Shown piece after piece: positions 26,800 through 40,629 of a stretch of DNA of 64,000 nucleotides (the first letter of the stretch is position 1; each line of letters begins with the position of its first letter). The stretch spans positions 32,614,001-32,678,000 of the forward strand of contig NC_087447.1 of NCBI RefSeq assembly GCF_036321535.1, written 5' to 3'. Under the pieces are notes generated by a model, which ran no database searches, was not told where the DNA came from, and saw nothing but the letters and a program-made list of their open reading frames with translations. The translations under genes and the position numbers were made by a program. This DNA comes from Camelus dromedarius (lineage: Eukaryota).

Positions 26800-28365
26800 A
26801 AACATATGGACATAATCATACAGTTTTTCTACTTCAATCTATTAAAATAGTATATTATGTTAATACCTTTCCTAATAGTAAATAAATATTGCATTCTTCT
26901 AATAAATCTTACCTGATCATGAGGTATTATTTTCTTCTTGTGATGTTGAGTTCTATTAAAGAAAAATTTTTCCACTTTTATATGTGATATTGGTTATATA
27001 ATTTTCTTCCTTTCAGCAGTTTTTATCAGGTTTAGGTATTAATGTTAAAAAGGAATTTGAAAATTACTCTCTTGGCTCTGGAGCAATTTATGTATTACTG
27101 GGATAATCCAGTGTAGAACCCCACTGTGCCTGTGTTTGTTTGTTGCTCCTTAATGATAGTCTCTGTATCTTCAGAGGAAATCGGTGTAATTAAGCTTTAC
27201 ATGCCTACTGTGGTCATGACAATCTATAAAGCAGCCTCTTCAGAATTTTCAAAGTTTCTTCTGTTTCAAATGGTCATTTTCCTCTCATCATTTATTTTGT
27301 GCATTGTCCTTATTTTTCCCTTGATTAACTAGTAGTTTGTCTACTTTGTTAACAAAAAAATGGGATTTTGATTTTGATTTTGACTTCTCAGATTACATGC
27401 ATTGAGTTTTCTGTGCTCCACCTTAACGATTTTTGCTTTTAATTTACGCTTGTTTGTGCTTTTTTTGAAATACAGTGTTGTCTCTCTTTTTTTTTTTTTC
27501 CTAGCATTTTAGTTGGGACCTTTATTCACTGCTTTTATTATTTTATGGTTATTGAATTTATTTATGTTTATTTTAACTTTCTACAGTTTTTAAATAGGTC
27601 CCAGTGATTATGATATAAAGTATTTTCTTATTATTAAGTTTTAGAAATTTTGTAATTGTGATTTTTGCTGCTTCTTTCAGCCATGAGCTGTTTATTACAT
27701 GCCTTTTTAATTTTCAAGTTGAAGGGTTTTGGTTTTTATATTGCTATTAGTTTCCAGTTTTATTACACTGTGATCAGCGTTAGTTACTTCTACTTTATAG
27801 GACATGATAATGCTTTCCTTTTGCTCTACATATAAGTAATTTTTGTGTCTGCGCCAAGTGCTCTTGAAATGAAGGCATGTTCTCTGTTGTCAGGACACAC
27901 AGTTCAATACATAGATGTAACAGGGTACTGTCTTTATTCAGTGTATTATTCAGGTCGTCCATATTCTTTTTGACTTTCTGGCCACTTAATATGTCTTGTA
28001 CAGAGAGTAGAGTCTAAAATCATTCTTTTATTAGTGTGTTTTAATCTATGTATCCTTGTATCTCCTGTAGTTTTTGCCTTAAAAAGACAGTTGCTGTCAC
28101 TTTTTGTAAATATATTTGTAATTGTTATATAATTTTCTGAATTACAGTTTTTATCATTAATAAAGTATCATTCTTTGTTAAATTTGATATTTTTAATATA
28201 AATTCTATGTTGAAATCAGCAGAGCAATGCCTCTCTTACTGTTTCCATTTGCCTAGTATGTGTTTATTCATCTTTTTGTCTTTTAGTCTTCCTAAATTAT
28301 TTTTTAAGTGTTTCTCTTATAGGTTATAGTTGAGTCTTTCCTAGCCAAATTGAAAATAGTTGTTT
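26800..28365 (-). mobile_element. Very old L1 (L1ME-like) ORF2 remnant
   Basis: T-rich degenerate antisense L1 text; continues briefly after the young L1 (~29740-29800). Confidence 0.65.
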
Positions 28366-29735
28366 AATTTATTTATTTATTTTATTAATGTATAGGTGAT
28401 TTACATTCTGTGTTACTTTCTGGGGTACAGCATTTTGATTCAGTTATACATATATATATATATATATTCTTTTTTATATTCTTTATAATTATAGGTTATT
28501 ACAAGATATTGAATATAATTTCCTGTGCTAAACAGTATGACCTTGTTATTTTTCTATTTTATATGTAGTAGTTAATATCTGCAAATCCCAGACTCCTAAT
28601 TTATCCTCTCCTATCCTTTCCCTCCTGGTAACCATTTTCTATGTCTGTGAGTTTGTTTCTGTTTTATAAATAAAATCATTAGTGTCATTTTTTTTAGATT
28701 CCACATAGAAGTGATATCATACGATACTTGTCTTTCTCTGTCTGAATTACTTCACTTAGAATGATAATCTCTAAATCCATCCATGTTTCTATGAATGGTA
28801 TTATTTCATTCTTTTTTATGGCTGAGTAATATGCTATTGTCTATATATACTTCATCTTCTTTGTCCAATCATCTGTTGATGGAGATTTAGGTTGCTTCTA
28901 TATCTGGGGTATTGTAAATAGTGCTCCCATGAACACTGGGATGCATGTATCTTTTTGAATTAGAGTTTACTGTGGATGTATGCCCAGGAGTGGCATTCCT
29001 GGATCAGATGGTAAATATTTTTAGATTTTTAAGGAATCTCCATATTGTTTTCCATAGTGGCTGCACCAAATTACATTCCCACTGACAGAGTAGGAGGGTT
29101 CCCTTATCTCCACACCCTCTCCAGAGTTTATTGTTTGTGGACTTTTCAATGATGGCCATTTTAACTGGTGTGAGGTGTTACCTCATTGTAGTTTTGATTT
29201 GCATTTCTCTGGTAATTAGTGATACTGTGCATCTTTCCATGTGCCTATTGGCCATCTGCCTTCTTTGGAGAAATTTCTATTTAGGTCTTCTGTCCATTTT
29301 TTGATTGGATTTTTTTGTTGTTGTTATTGAGTTGCATGAACTGTTTGTGTATTCTGGAAATTCACACCATTTGCAAATATTTTCTCCCAAGGTTGTCTTT
29401 TTATCTTGCTTACGCATTCTTTTGTTCTGTGAAAGCTTTTAAGTTTGATTAGATTCCATTTGTTTATTTTTGCTTTTATTTCTATTGCCTTGGGAGATTG
29501 ACCTAAGAAAACATTGCTACAGTTTATGTCAGAGAATGTTTTGCCTATGTTCTCCTCTAGGGGACTTATGGTGTCCTGTCTTAAGTATTTAAGCCATTTT
29601 GAGTTTATTTTTGTGTATGGTGTGAGAAAGTGTGCCAGTGTCATTGATATACATGCAGCTGTCCAGCTTTCCCAACAGCACTTGTTGAAGAGATTGTTCT
29701 CTCCATTGTTTATTCTTGTCTTCTTTGTTGAAGAT
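28366..29735 (-). mobile_element. Young 5'-truncated L1 inserted into the older L1
   Basis: (TTTA)n tail, 3'UTR similar to the copy at 19345, and ORF2 C-terminal fragment 29324..29773 ([10 protein letters not shown]...[10 protein letters not shown]...[15 protein letters not shown]). Confidence 0.9.
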
Positions 29736-30129
29736 AATTTTCCTTTTTTTATAGATGACTTAAGCCTATTCACATTTTTTGATATGGCTAATTATGTTAA
29801 GTCATATTATTTAAATTTCTTCAGATTAAGTAAGACTTTACTGATCATATGGCTGAAATACTTACTAGACATTTTAGTTAGTTACATTAATTCAGAGACT
29901 AAATGAGACTCTCTTCTGAACCCCCCCAACACCTTAATTATAATGATGGAGTACCTTGTACTTTAGTAAGTTGTATGTGTGCGTGCGTGCATGTGTAGTA
30001 TTTTCATGTGCATCTTTTGAGAAGCTCTACCCTCCCCCCCCACCCAGCAATATGTGCTACTTGAAAATAAGTGTTTTTTATGCACAGCCTCCTCCCCAGG
30101 ATTCTTTATTCTGCTGCCACACACATACA

Positions 30130-30200
30130 AACATCTCTAGAGTGCCAGCACATGGTAGGCGCTCAGTAAATATTTACTGAATTAATCAATTCATGAATAA
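30130..30200 (+). mobile_element. L2 3' terminus
   Basis: agtgccagcacatggtaggcgctcagtaaatatttactgaattaatcaattcatgaat. Confidence 0.75.
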
Positions 30201-31384
30201 CTCAGTGGAAGGAGCCTCTTTAAAGTTAATTACTTTATTAAATTATGTGAATTTACTATAGATATGTACAAGTCATTTATCTTCCTGGTTTGGGCAAAAA
30301 AATGGTCTAATTTTTTTTAATGCATCCTGTTTTCATGTAATGGTTTCTGTCTGTTAACAGTTTTCAAGATCATGCAACTACTAGGTGTCCAGATATGAAC
30401 TACATTTAAGCTGCACTGCCTGTGCTTTTTAACCTTATCACGAAATTACATCTCACTTGAAAAAAACTTATTCTGTTGCCTTGGATTCTCAATATATACA
30501 TTCCCATCACATTTGGCATATGATTCAGAGCCTAGCCTAAACCTTATTATTTTGACTAACATAATTGCTCTTTTCAATGAACCCTGAGAATTTGAAATTA
30601 TGTTGATTTATTGGCTCCTTTGAAAAGCACTAGTACCACTGGCTTGATAGTGAGACCTCCCTAGCATGCTTTCCCTCAGCTTTTCATGCTCTGATTTTGT
30701 TTCTAGAAAGGACTATAGAGGCTTTAACTTTTATTTTGGATCATTAATTTCACTAAGTCATTTGGACAGCAGGGTACATAGAGCTTCCTCAGCGATTTGA
30801 ATGAAAGAAGATTTTGAAAGTGCCTCAGTTGAATGCTTCTTATACTAAGTTGAAACCTTTCATTAGAATAGACTACCCTGCCCATGGAAGATTTATGAGT
30901 ATATGATTGAACCAGGAATGACAGATAGGATTATATGTGAAGCTTTCACAAACGCGTAGATGGAAAGAATATTTTCTAATTGCCATGAATGATATTAGAA
31001 ATTTAATTAGAATGAAAATAAGCTATTAGAATAGAAAAATATACTGTGTCTATAGTATCCAAGTGAGGCATTCCTACCAACCAGGTAGAAGAATTAAAAG
31101 TTATGAAAAAAATCAGTGAAGATTACATTAGTAATTATTTTAAAATAATTAAGATAATTTTGCTATTAGAATAGTATTTAATTATTTAAAATATTTACAA
31201 AATACTGATTAGTAGAAGGGGAAAATATTTTGGTATTACAATTTTCTAAACTTTTTAATGAATACATATGTAGTAGTCTGCATAGCTTGTTTTACATGTG
31301 AGTGGCCACATGCATATTCATACTAGGGTGGACATTTTAAAATTTTCTGAGTGTCCAGTATCTGTACATTTTTTCTGTATTTGA

Positions 31385-31675
31385 AGAATTCCTTACCTTT
31401 TGAGTCTTGATGAAAAGCAGAACTTGCCTCTGATTGTCAGGCAGGAGATACTTTATCACTTTCCCAGATGCTCTGGCAGCAAGTTTGTAAGAAGGTAACC
31501 AAACCTCAGTGAATCAGACGCACCCATTTGGCATAGTTCATCTGGAAATACTGACAAAAGAGATCATTCTTTCCGGTTACAACAGTGGAATCAGCAATCC
31601 CAGTTTACTGATTATAATGGTGATAATGCAAGCTACCATTTTCAGTGCTGATGAACTATTTCAGCAATGGCTGTT
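31385..31675 (+). mobile_element. ERVL LTR (LTR33-like), 5' part
   Basis: cactttcccagatgctctggcagc...gtaaccaaacctcagtgaatcagacgcaccc resembles LTR33. Confidence 0.5.
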
Positions 31676-34600
31676 AGCCTCCTATGTGTACGTGAAGTGT
31701 TCTCTCATTGTGGCATTGTTTTGCATTTTTCTAATGACTAATGATGTTGAGCATATTTTGTATGCTTATTGACCATTTGTATATTTTCTTCAGAGAAATG
31801 TCTATTCAGATCCTTTGCTCATTTTTACTTGGCTTATATTTTTATTTTTGAGTGATAAAAATTTTTCATATATTCTAGATTACAAGTGTCTTAGATGTAT
31901 GATTTGCAAATGTTTTCTCTCATTCTGTAGATATATGAAGTACACAATTTTTCATTTTGTTGAAATCTAATTCATTTTTCTTTTGTCTGTTATGCTTTTA
32001 TCAAATCTAAGACTCCATTGCCAAATTTGTGGTCATGAAGATTTATCCTTATATTTTCGTCTTAGAGTTTTATTCTTACACTTAGGTTTTCAGTCCACTT
32101 CGAGTTAAATTTTGCATATGGTGTGAGGTAGGGGTCATTATTTTTCATGTGGACATCCCATTGCTCAAGCATTATTTATTGAAAAGCCTGATTTTTCCTG
32201 TTGAATTACATTATACACTTGTAAAAAATCAAGTAACCATAAATGTGAAGGTTTATTTCTAGACATACAATTCTATTACATTGATCTATATGTCCTTTCT
32301 TATGCCAGGACCCCCTTGATTACTTCAGCTCTGTAGCAAATTTTAAAATCAGGAGGTGTGAATTTTCAACTTTGTTTTTCTTTTTCAAGATTTCTTTGGC
32401 TGTTCTGAGTCCCTTACATTTCCATATGAATTTTAGCATCAGCTTGTTATTTTCTGCAAAAAAAAAAAAAATCACCTGGGATTTTAAAAGTGATTGTGTC
32501 CAGTCTACAGATCAGTTTGAAGAATATTGCCATCTTAACTATATTGTGACTTTTGATCCAGGAACAAATATTTTTCCATTCATGTATTTCTTTTGAAATA
32601 CTTTTCCACAATGTTTTGTAGTTCTCAGCATACAATATTTCACTGGTTTTGTTAAATTTATTGTTAAATGTTTCATGCTTTTGCATGCTATTGTACTTGG
32701 AATCGTTTCAGATTGTTTCTTGTTAGTATATACACATAAGATTGACTTTTTCATATCAATCGTGTATCCTGCAACTTGTATAATTCATTTATTCTAATAG
32801 TATTTTTAGTGGATTCCTTTGAAGAACATGTCACCTAAAAACAGAGTTAGTTTTACTTTTTATTTTTAATCAAAACGTCTTATTTTTCTTCCTTAATTTT
32901 CCTCCCTACAACTTCCATTACAATGTTGAAAAAAGGTAACAAGAGTGAAAATCTTTGTCTTTTTCATGATCATTCCATAATTTACCATTAAGTATGATCT
33001 TAGCTCTGGGTTTCCTGTAGATGCTCTTTGTGAGTTTGAGGAAGTTCCTTTCAATTTCTAGGTTGTTTAGTGTTTTTGCCATGAAACTATATTGAATTTT
33101 GTCACATGCTTTTTCTGCATCAACTGAGACACTCATGTGGTTTTTGCCCTATGATATGGTGTACTACATTAATTGATTTTCAGATATTAAAACAAACTTG
33201 CAGTCCAGGGGTAAATCCCACTTAGTCTTGGGTTATAGTTCTATTTATATTTTGCTGGATTTGATTTCCTATTTCCTTGAGAATTTTTACATCTATATTT
33301 ATAAGAGATATTAGTGTTTATTTTTCTTGAGATGCCTTTATCTGATTTTGTATCAGAGTAATACTGACCTTATAGAATGATTTGGGATATATTCTCTCCT
33401 TTTCTGTATTTTTTAAAGGACTTCTAAGAATTGTTATTAACTCTTCTTTAAGTATTTGGTGGAAATCACCAGGTAAGCCATCTGAACATTTCATTTTCTT
33501 TCTGGGAAGTTTTTAAGTACTAAATTAATCTCTTTATTTATTTTTATAGGTCTAGTCACACTTTCTATATATTCTTGGATATCTTTTTAAGGATTTGTCC
33601 TTTTCATCTAAGATACCTAGTTTGTTAGCATAAATTGTTCATAATATTCCCTCATGATCCCTTTTATTTCTGGAAGATTGGTATTGATGTACCCTCTCTG
33701 ATTCCTGTCTAAGTAATTTGGGTCTTCTCTCTCTCTCTCTTTTTACTTTTTTTCCCTTAGTCAGTATAGCTCAAGTTTTGATATCTTTTAAAAAATGACT
33801 TTCAGTTTGTTGATTTACTGTATTAGTTTCCATTTCCTATTTTTAAAATTTACACTCAAATTCTTTATTATTTCTTTCCACATGCTTGTTCTAGTTTTAA
33901 TTTGCTCTTTTCTTCAGTGTCTTAATATGAAAGATCAAGTTTTTGATTTGAGATTTAATATTTTATTCAATATAGCCTATTATAGCTGTACATTTCCTTC
34001 AAATTATTATTGTTTTCACTGCATTCCATAGGTTTTGATATGCTGTGTCTTAATCTTTATTTTGAAGTATTTTCTAACTTATCTTATTATTTCTTATTTG
34101 ACCCATGATTATTTAGGAGTATGTTGCTTCATTTCCCGTATTTATGAACTTCTTAGACTTACTTCTGTGATTTCTAGTTTCAATCCGTTGCGGCTGAAGA
34201 AAGTACTTTTTATAATTTTAACCCTTTTAATTTTACTGAAGCTTATTTTATGGCCTAACAAATTATATATTCTAGAGAATATTCCATGTATTATTCCAAA
34301 GAATGTGTATTCTGCTGTTTTTACTTGGAATATTCCAAATATGTCTGTTAGGTCTAGTAGGTTTATAATGTTCAAGTTATCTATTGCCTTGTTGGACATT
34401 TGCATACTTGTTCTATCTGTTATTAAAATTAGAATATTGAATTCCCCAACAATTATTGTTGAATTATCCGTTTTCCCCTTTAATTCCGTCAGATTTTATT
34501 TCATTATTTTTTGGGACGCTGTTGTTAGAGGCATATGTTTATAATTGCTGTATTTTCCTAATGGATTGACCCTTTTTATTACTATAAAATGTCCTCTTGG

Positions 34601-36400
34601 TCACTAGTAATAATTTTTTGTCTTAAAATCTGTATGTCTGGTATTAGTATAGCCATACTCTCTTCTGGTTACTGCATACACAATGTTATCTTTTTCTGTC
34701 ATTGTAGATGCAACCTATTTGTGTCCTTGAATCTAAAGTGTGTCTTTTATTGACAGCATATAGTTACCACATTTTTTAATCCATTCTTACAAACTTTGCC
34801 TTTCGATTGTAGTGTTTAATCCATTTACATTTCATATAATTTCTGATAAATTAGGATTTACTCTACCCTTTTAATTTTGTTTCTATATGGTTCAGTCCTT
34901 TTATTTTTTGTCCTGCTATTCTTTCTCTACTGCTTTCTTTTGTGATAAGTGCATATTTTCTACTGTAATATTTTTATTCCTGTAATGATTTTTTCACTAT
35001 TTAAAAACATTTTATTCTTAGTGCTTGCTTTAGGGGTTACCATATACATCTTATCTTATTCTAATCTTCTTCAAATTTATACAAATTTAATTCCAGTGAG
35101 ATACAGAAATATAGCTACTATTTAGATCTATTCTCTCTACCTCCATTTTGTATAATTGCTGTTATACATTACATTGGTATGTGTTACAGGCCCAGAATTA
35201 CATTGTTATAGTTTATTATTTTATATAATTTTAATTATTTTAAACAAGTTGAAAGAAGAAATAAGAGCAAACATATATTTGCAGAGTTTATAACAATAAT
35301 CTTTTTCTTTGTTTGTTTTTACCATTTTTGGTTCTCTTCACCTGTTCCTATGAATTCTAGTTACCACATGGTGTCATTTTCTTTTTCCAAGTATTGCTTT
35401 TCTTTCATCTTTGATTTTCTTTTCTTTTCTTTTCTTTATTTCTTTTTTTTTTTTTTTTTGCTGCTTCTCTCCTTTTTCTCCTTCTGATATTTCCATTATT
35501 TATTATGCATTTAATGGTGGCCCATATTTCTATGAGGCTATGCACATTTTCTTAATTGCTTTCCACCAAAATCTCTATTTTTTCTGAGAATGTGTTTAGG
35601 CTTGAACTTCCCCACTCCTTGTTCTACATATAGTTATTGGGAGAACTTTGGAGCCATATGTTCTTATGACTTGCCTCTCCCCCTAAGGTAATATCTTGGT
35701 ACTATTGTTCTAGACTTAGCATGAGAAGAACTGACTGCATCTTTGAGTGACACTCCTTTATGATCAGGGGACTGGGCATCTTGCCTTTCAGTCTCCTCAT
35801 CTTGCCTTTCCCTGAATAAAACCTTCACCCTGCAAGTGAGATGGGGAAGTGCAATTGAGGACCCAGTATTCTTAGCATGTCTCACTTGGCATAAAAGCTT
35901 CCTCCCTGTGAATGAGGGCTGTGTGGAAGAAGGGGGTCCCTGACTTCTCAGCTGCATAAACCTTGAATTCAGCCTTTGGAACTTGGAGAGATGAGGAACA
36001 ATAGCAACTTGCCTCTCCCAGGGAGGTACCCTTGTTCTAGAATGAAAACTAAGGGGAGTGGAAGACCTATTTTCTTGGCCTCACTTACCTGGAGAGGAAC
36101 TTCCACCAGGCTGAATTGGGGTGGGGGGAGTAAGTCATGGCTCAAGAGCCACAGACTTTTATTATTTTTTATGAGGCTTAGTAGATTTTCTTTTAAAAAT
36201 GTTTATATGTTTGCTGTGTATCTTTAGGAAATTTTCCAAAGATTAAATAGTTGCCTTGTTATTGTTGTTTTTATAATTTTTACCAGTTAAAGTGGTTTTT
36301 TTTGTTGTTGTTTTTTGTTTGTTTTGTTTTGTTTTGGATTTGTTTGTTTTTCTGCTGCAGAGAGGTTTCACAGAGTTCTTTACACTGCCATTCTGGAAGG
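31676..36400 (-). mobile_element. Ancient L1 (L1MC/MD-like): ORF2, partial ORF1 and 5' end; lacks a 3'UTR
   Basis: ORF2 fragments in the track ([21 protein letters not shown]...TFF..HGIFSRIYNLLGHK); 5' end 'cttccagaatggcagtgtaaag' on the minus strand at ~36400. Confidence 0.88.
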
Positions 36401-36404
36401 TGTT

Positions 36405-36498
36405 ATCTAGCTCATTTCCATTCAATAAATACTCCTGCTTCAATTAGCTAGAGCTGGGTTCTATTGGTCACAGCTAATCAGCATGATTATTGATCACA
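36405..36498 (+). mobile_element. ERVL LTR (LTR33-like), 3' part
   Basis: aataaatactcctgcttcaattagctagagctgggttctattggtcacagctaa...gatcaca is a typical LTR33-type R/U5 end. Confidence 0.55.
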
Positions 36499-36765
36499 GT
36501 GATCACACACATACACACACAGAGAAATGCAGAAAACTGACAAATTGAGACTCATTATTTCTTCCTATATAAGGTGTTTTGTTGAAATATATGCCTTTTG
36601 GTTAAAAGAAATGAAGTCTTTTTTCTTAATTGGTAGATAGTTGAGTATTTCTTTTTTGTTTTAGCAAAGTTATAAAAAGTAAAAAAATTAAATTTCTGAG
36701 GAAGTAAGTCAAATATTAAGATGTAATTACTGTCTGTTAGTGGTAGGCAGGAGACCTGTGCTATT

Positions 36766-36836
36766 TTTTTTTAAAATTGAAGTATAGTCAGTTAACAATG
36801 TGTGAATTTCTGGTGTACAGCACAATGTCCCAGTCA

Positions 36837-36867
<31 letters not shown>

Positions 36868-37455
36868 GTGTATATATATATATAAATATATATATATTTG
36901 TCTTCATATTCTTTTTCATTAGAGGTTATTATAAAATATTAAATATAGTTCCTAGTGCTATACAGAAGAAATTTATTTTTTATCTATTTATATATAATTG
37001 TTAACATTTGCAAATCTCAAACTCCCAAATTTATCCCTTCCCACCCTCTTTCTCTTGATAACCATAAGATTGTTTACTGTGTCTGCGAGTCTGTTTCTGT
37101 TTTGTAGATGAGTTCATTAGTATCCTCTTTTTCCTTTTTTTTTTTTTTTTTTTCAGATTTCACATGAGTGATATATGGTATTTTTCTTTCTCTTTCTGGC
37201 TTACTTCTCTTTATGGCTTACTTTAGAATAACGATCTCCAGGTCCATCCATGTTGCTGCCAATGACATTATTTTATTTTTTATGGCTGAGTAGTATTCCG
37301 TTGTGTATATATACCATAACTTCTTTATCCAGTCATTTGTTTATGGACATTTAAGTTGCTTTGATGTCTTGGCTACTGTATATAGTGCTGCTATGAACAT
37401 TGAGGTGCATGTATCTTTTCCAATTAGAGTTCCCCTCTGGATATATGCCCAGGAG
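36766..37455 (-). mobile_element. Young 5'-truncated L1 (~0.7 kb) with an 18-bp TSD; internal (TG)n(TA)n tract
   Basis: TSD caggagacctgtgctatt (36748-36765) / caggagacctatgctatt (37450-37467); L1 3'UTR and ORF2 end. Confidence 0.92.
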
Positions 37456-39409
37456 ACCTATGCTATTGAATAGTTTTTTTTAGAGATCATAAAACATCAT
37501 ATTTAAGTATAAACATATATATTTAAGTTAAAAGGGAATAATGCTCTCTGTATATATATGTTACATAGTTTGTTTTTTAAAATGTAATACGTTATGAACG
37601 TTTTATCAGCAGTTATTGATGTTGAATTTTTAGCTTAGTATCCCTAAATGTACTTTGGGAGATCCATAAACTTTTTGGCATTTTGTGCCAAACTCCAGGT
37701 ATGAATTTAGGTAAGCTCACGTATTTTAGAATAGGAGAATGTCCAATCTAATCCTAAAAAATGATCTGTTTCCTTCAAATGTCTAAAAATCATAATGTAC
37801 AGGAATCATCAGAATAACTGTTATTTCCTTTTATTGACATATGGTAACTTATTTAACCAATTCTTTATATAGGGATAAGGCTGGTTCTAATTTTTACTCT
37901 AACAACTGTTGTTGTCATGAACAACCATTTTTCAGGTCAGTCTTTGAACACATCCTCCTTAAAATTAATTTTTAGAATTGAAATTGCCTGGAGAAAGCAT
38001 ATGGGCATTTCAAGGCTTTTAATATGTTTTACTAAATTATGATCTAGAATGGCTGCATCAGCTTTGTCACCTGACAATCTTACAACCTAGCAAATTTGAA
38101 AGATTAAAAATCATTTCTGGTGTTTGTAGTAACAAGCTAGTGAAAAATTACCACCCCAGTTATACTTGACGTATGCTCTCTCCTGCTATGGATATGATTC
38201 AAAAACTCCTTCAATTGTGCTTCTTTGCCAGCAATACTCTTAAAAGCTCAGCTTCAAATGCAAAGAATCTCTTACATCTGATGGCAGCCAGCCACATTTA
38301 TTCCAGTGCTTACCTGCTGTGAATCCATGCAGAGCAGAGTCTGGCCTCCTCATCCTTAGAATTCCCCATGACAGATTTCTTGAGGCAGCTATCCGCAGCT
38401 ACACCACTGAATACATGTGTTACAACTTTGGCAGACAACCCTTGGCTTTTCCCTGCTGCTGGGATACAAACACTTCTGTACCATCTGAGATCCTCTGCTG
38501 TGACAAAAATGTTGTCAGATAAATGGAAAGCCAGATTGGGGTATGGCTACCTGCCTGTGTGATATGTTGATATCAATGGGAAGCATTTGTAGCCCTCCAA
38601 AACTATCTCTGGTCTAAGATAGATACAAAATCTTTTCCCTTGTAATACTCACTTTCAAAAAGAATTTTAAGGAACCAAGTTTAAGATCTAGAGTTATTCA
38701 TATTTTGAAGTGACTTGCAGGTTTTCTTTGTATGTGTCACTGGACACACAATCAAGTCTTTTGATGACATTACAACTTGCAGTTTCTTGACTTGAATGTT
38801 TTTGGTTTATTGGTTTTCCATTTCAAATCTGAGTACATCAGTATTATGATGAGAGAATTTTGAATAGAAACCTAATGCCTCCCTCACTTGATTTTTTTTT
38901 AACATTACTTTGCCTTTCATTCTAACACTTCCAACAACTCTCTGATATTCTCAGGCATTCTATCCCATGGAAACTTGAAATAGCAAGAATGACTTTTTCT
39001 GTAACTCTGAGAGACATATTTTATAGTACTTCAGCAGAACAGGCCAGAATGCAAGAAATACAGCTATACTATCAGATAACAATTCTCTGTCTTGAAGCAC
39101 AAAGGAAACATTCTGAAAATATGATGTCTGGCTCCAACACTTTTAGATGTAAAGCAGAATTTTTAAATTCCTATTTCTCAGGATTTAATATAAAATAAAA
39201 ATACCTAAGTACTCTCTGGATGAGAACTTTCAATTGTCTGTGTATCGCATGTTCATTCTCATCCTGGTCCATAAATTGCTGGATGAAACAAGTTCATTTT
39301 AAAAATTGGAGTGAACTAAATTTTACTCTGTTTTTATTTTAGAGAACTTTATGGAATTTAATTGATCAGCTGAATAAGAGTGAAGACTTCCCAAGACTTA
39401 ATTGTCAGT

Positions 39410-39690
39410 AGAGCATTGTGTTTGAAGGCACAGACCTAGATTTGAGCCACACTTTTGTCAAAAGCTACCTAGTCTCTACCTTAAATAAGTTACTTTATTT
39501 CTCTGAGTCTCATTTTCCCTATATATTAAAGAGGTGTATTAATACCGCCCTTATACATTGTTATAAGGAGTGAAAGAGATAATTAAAGTTGTTAAGTGCT
39601 TAGCATAATCCCTAGCACATAGATGGCTCTCCATAAAGGACAACTAACATCCTGGAACACAGTAGGTATTCGATAATGACTTTTGTTTAA
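39410..39690 (+). mobile_element. MIR SINE
   Basis: gcacagacctagatttgag...aagttactttatttctctgagtctcattttcc...gtgcttagcataatccctagcacatag. Confidence 0.75.
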
Positions 39691-40059
39691 TGAAAGAATA
39701 TCTTCCCTAAGAAACCAGAATTGAGAGTAAATTTTCAAATTTCTCTTTTCACATGGCACAGAATATGTAAGAGAAGAGGCTTGCTTTCTTGCCTGGTGAT
39801 TTCCATTGGTGCCATCTCATGCACTGAGCACTTGCAAACTTCCAGGAATATCTTTAGTGACACCATTGCTAATCTTCAGTTAGTTTTATTACTGCCCCTG
39901 GTAGGAAAGACATTGCAGTAACCTTCTCAGAGATTACCTACTAGCCTGGCTGCTGCTGCTGCCTCATATTTTGATTGCTTTTATTTCACAGTTCTTTGAA
40001 TATCTAGAGGGAAGTAGCATGCAAATTATTGAAATTTACATTCATATATCTTTTTTGAG

Positions 40060-40240
40060 TTTTTAAGTTACTTCATTCAGCATTGTCTCATGTAATTCTC
40101 TCGAGGGACTTGTAAAGTCTCCCACTATACGTATAGATGGAGAAATTGAGATTGCCAGAAGTTGTGGCACATGGTTAAATATCTACAGAAAGTCACACAG
40201 CCTGTGTCTCCCAGCTCCTAGTTCACTGCCTGACCCCTCC
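40060..40240 (-). mobile_element. MIR SINE
   Basis: tctcatgtaattctc...tatagatggagaaattgagattgccagaagtt. Confidence 0.55.
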
Positions 40241-40629
40241 ACTTTAGCCCCCAAACTCGTCACGCTTACCCAGAGTGCAGGAGGTACATTCATGGATTGG
40301 TTTCCTAGAGGGCTTCCTCTGCCCGAGTGTCAAATGTCCAATCATGATCATTCCCTTTCAGATAAAAGCTTTGATTAAAGGGTAGATCTCCCCAGGAGAA
40401 ATAAGCCTAAATTTTGAACTTTCCTTGTAATGTAGCGTGAATGAAGAATCCAAAAGCCGATTTGCAGGTGAAACAAATAAATGAGCATGGGAAGCCAGAG
40501 CTTGGAAGTTAGCCATCGTCTCCATCCAAATTGGCCTGGAATTTTATTTCCCTTTCCTCAGGCACATTTTTATAGATGCCTACTTAAAGAAAAAGCCAAA
40601 AAAGAATTTTCTTTAATCTTTAACGTTTT

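Noticed and set aside
29324..29773. 149-aa ORF as a functional gene
   Set aside because: Fragment of a 5'-truncated L1 ORF2 with deletions; no promoter or complete domains.
34035..34544. 169-aa hydrophobic ORF, the longest in the track
   Set aside because: T-rich antisense frame of the L1 endonuclease region; not a membrane protein gene.
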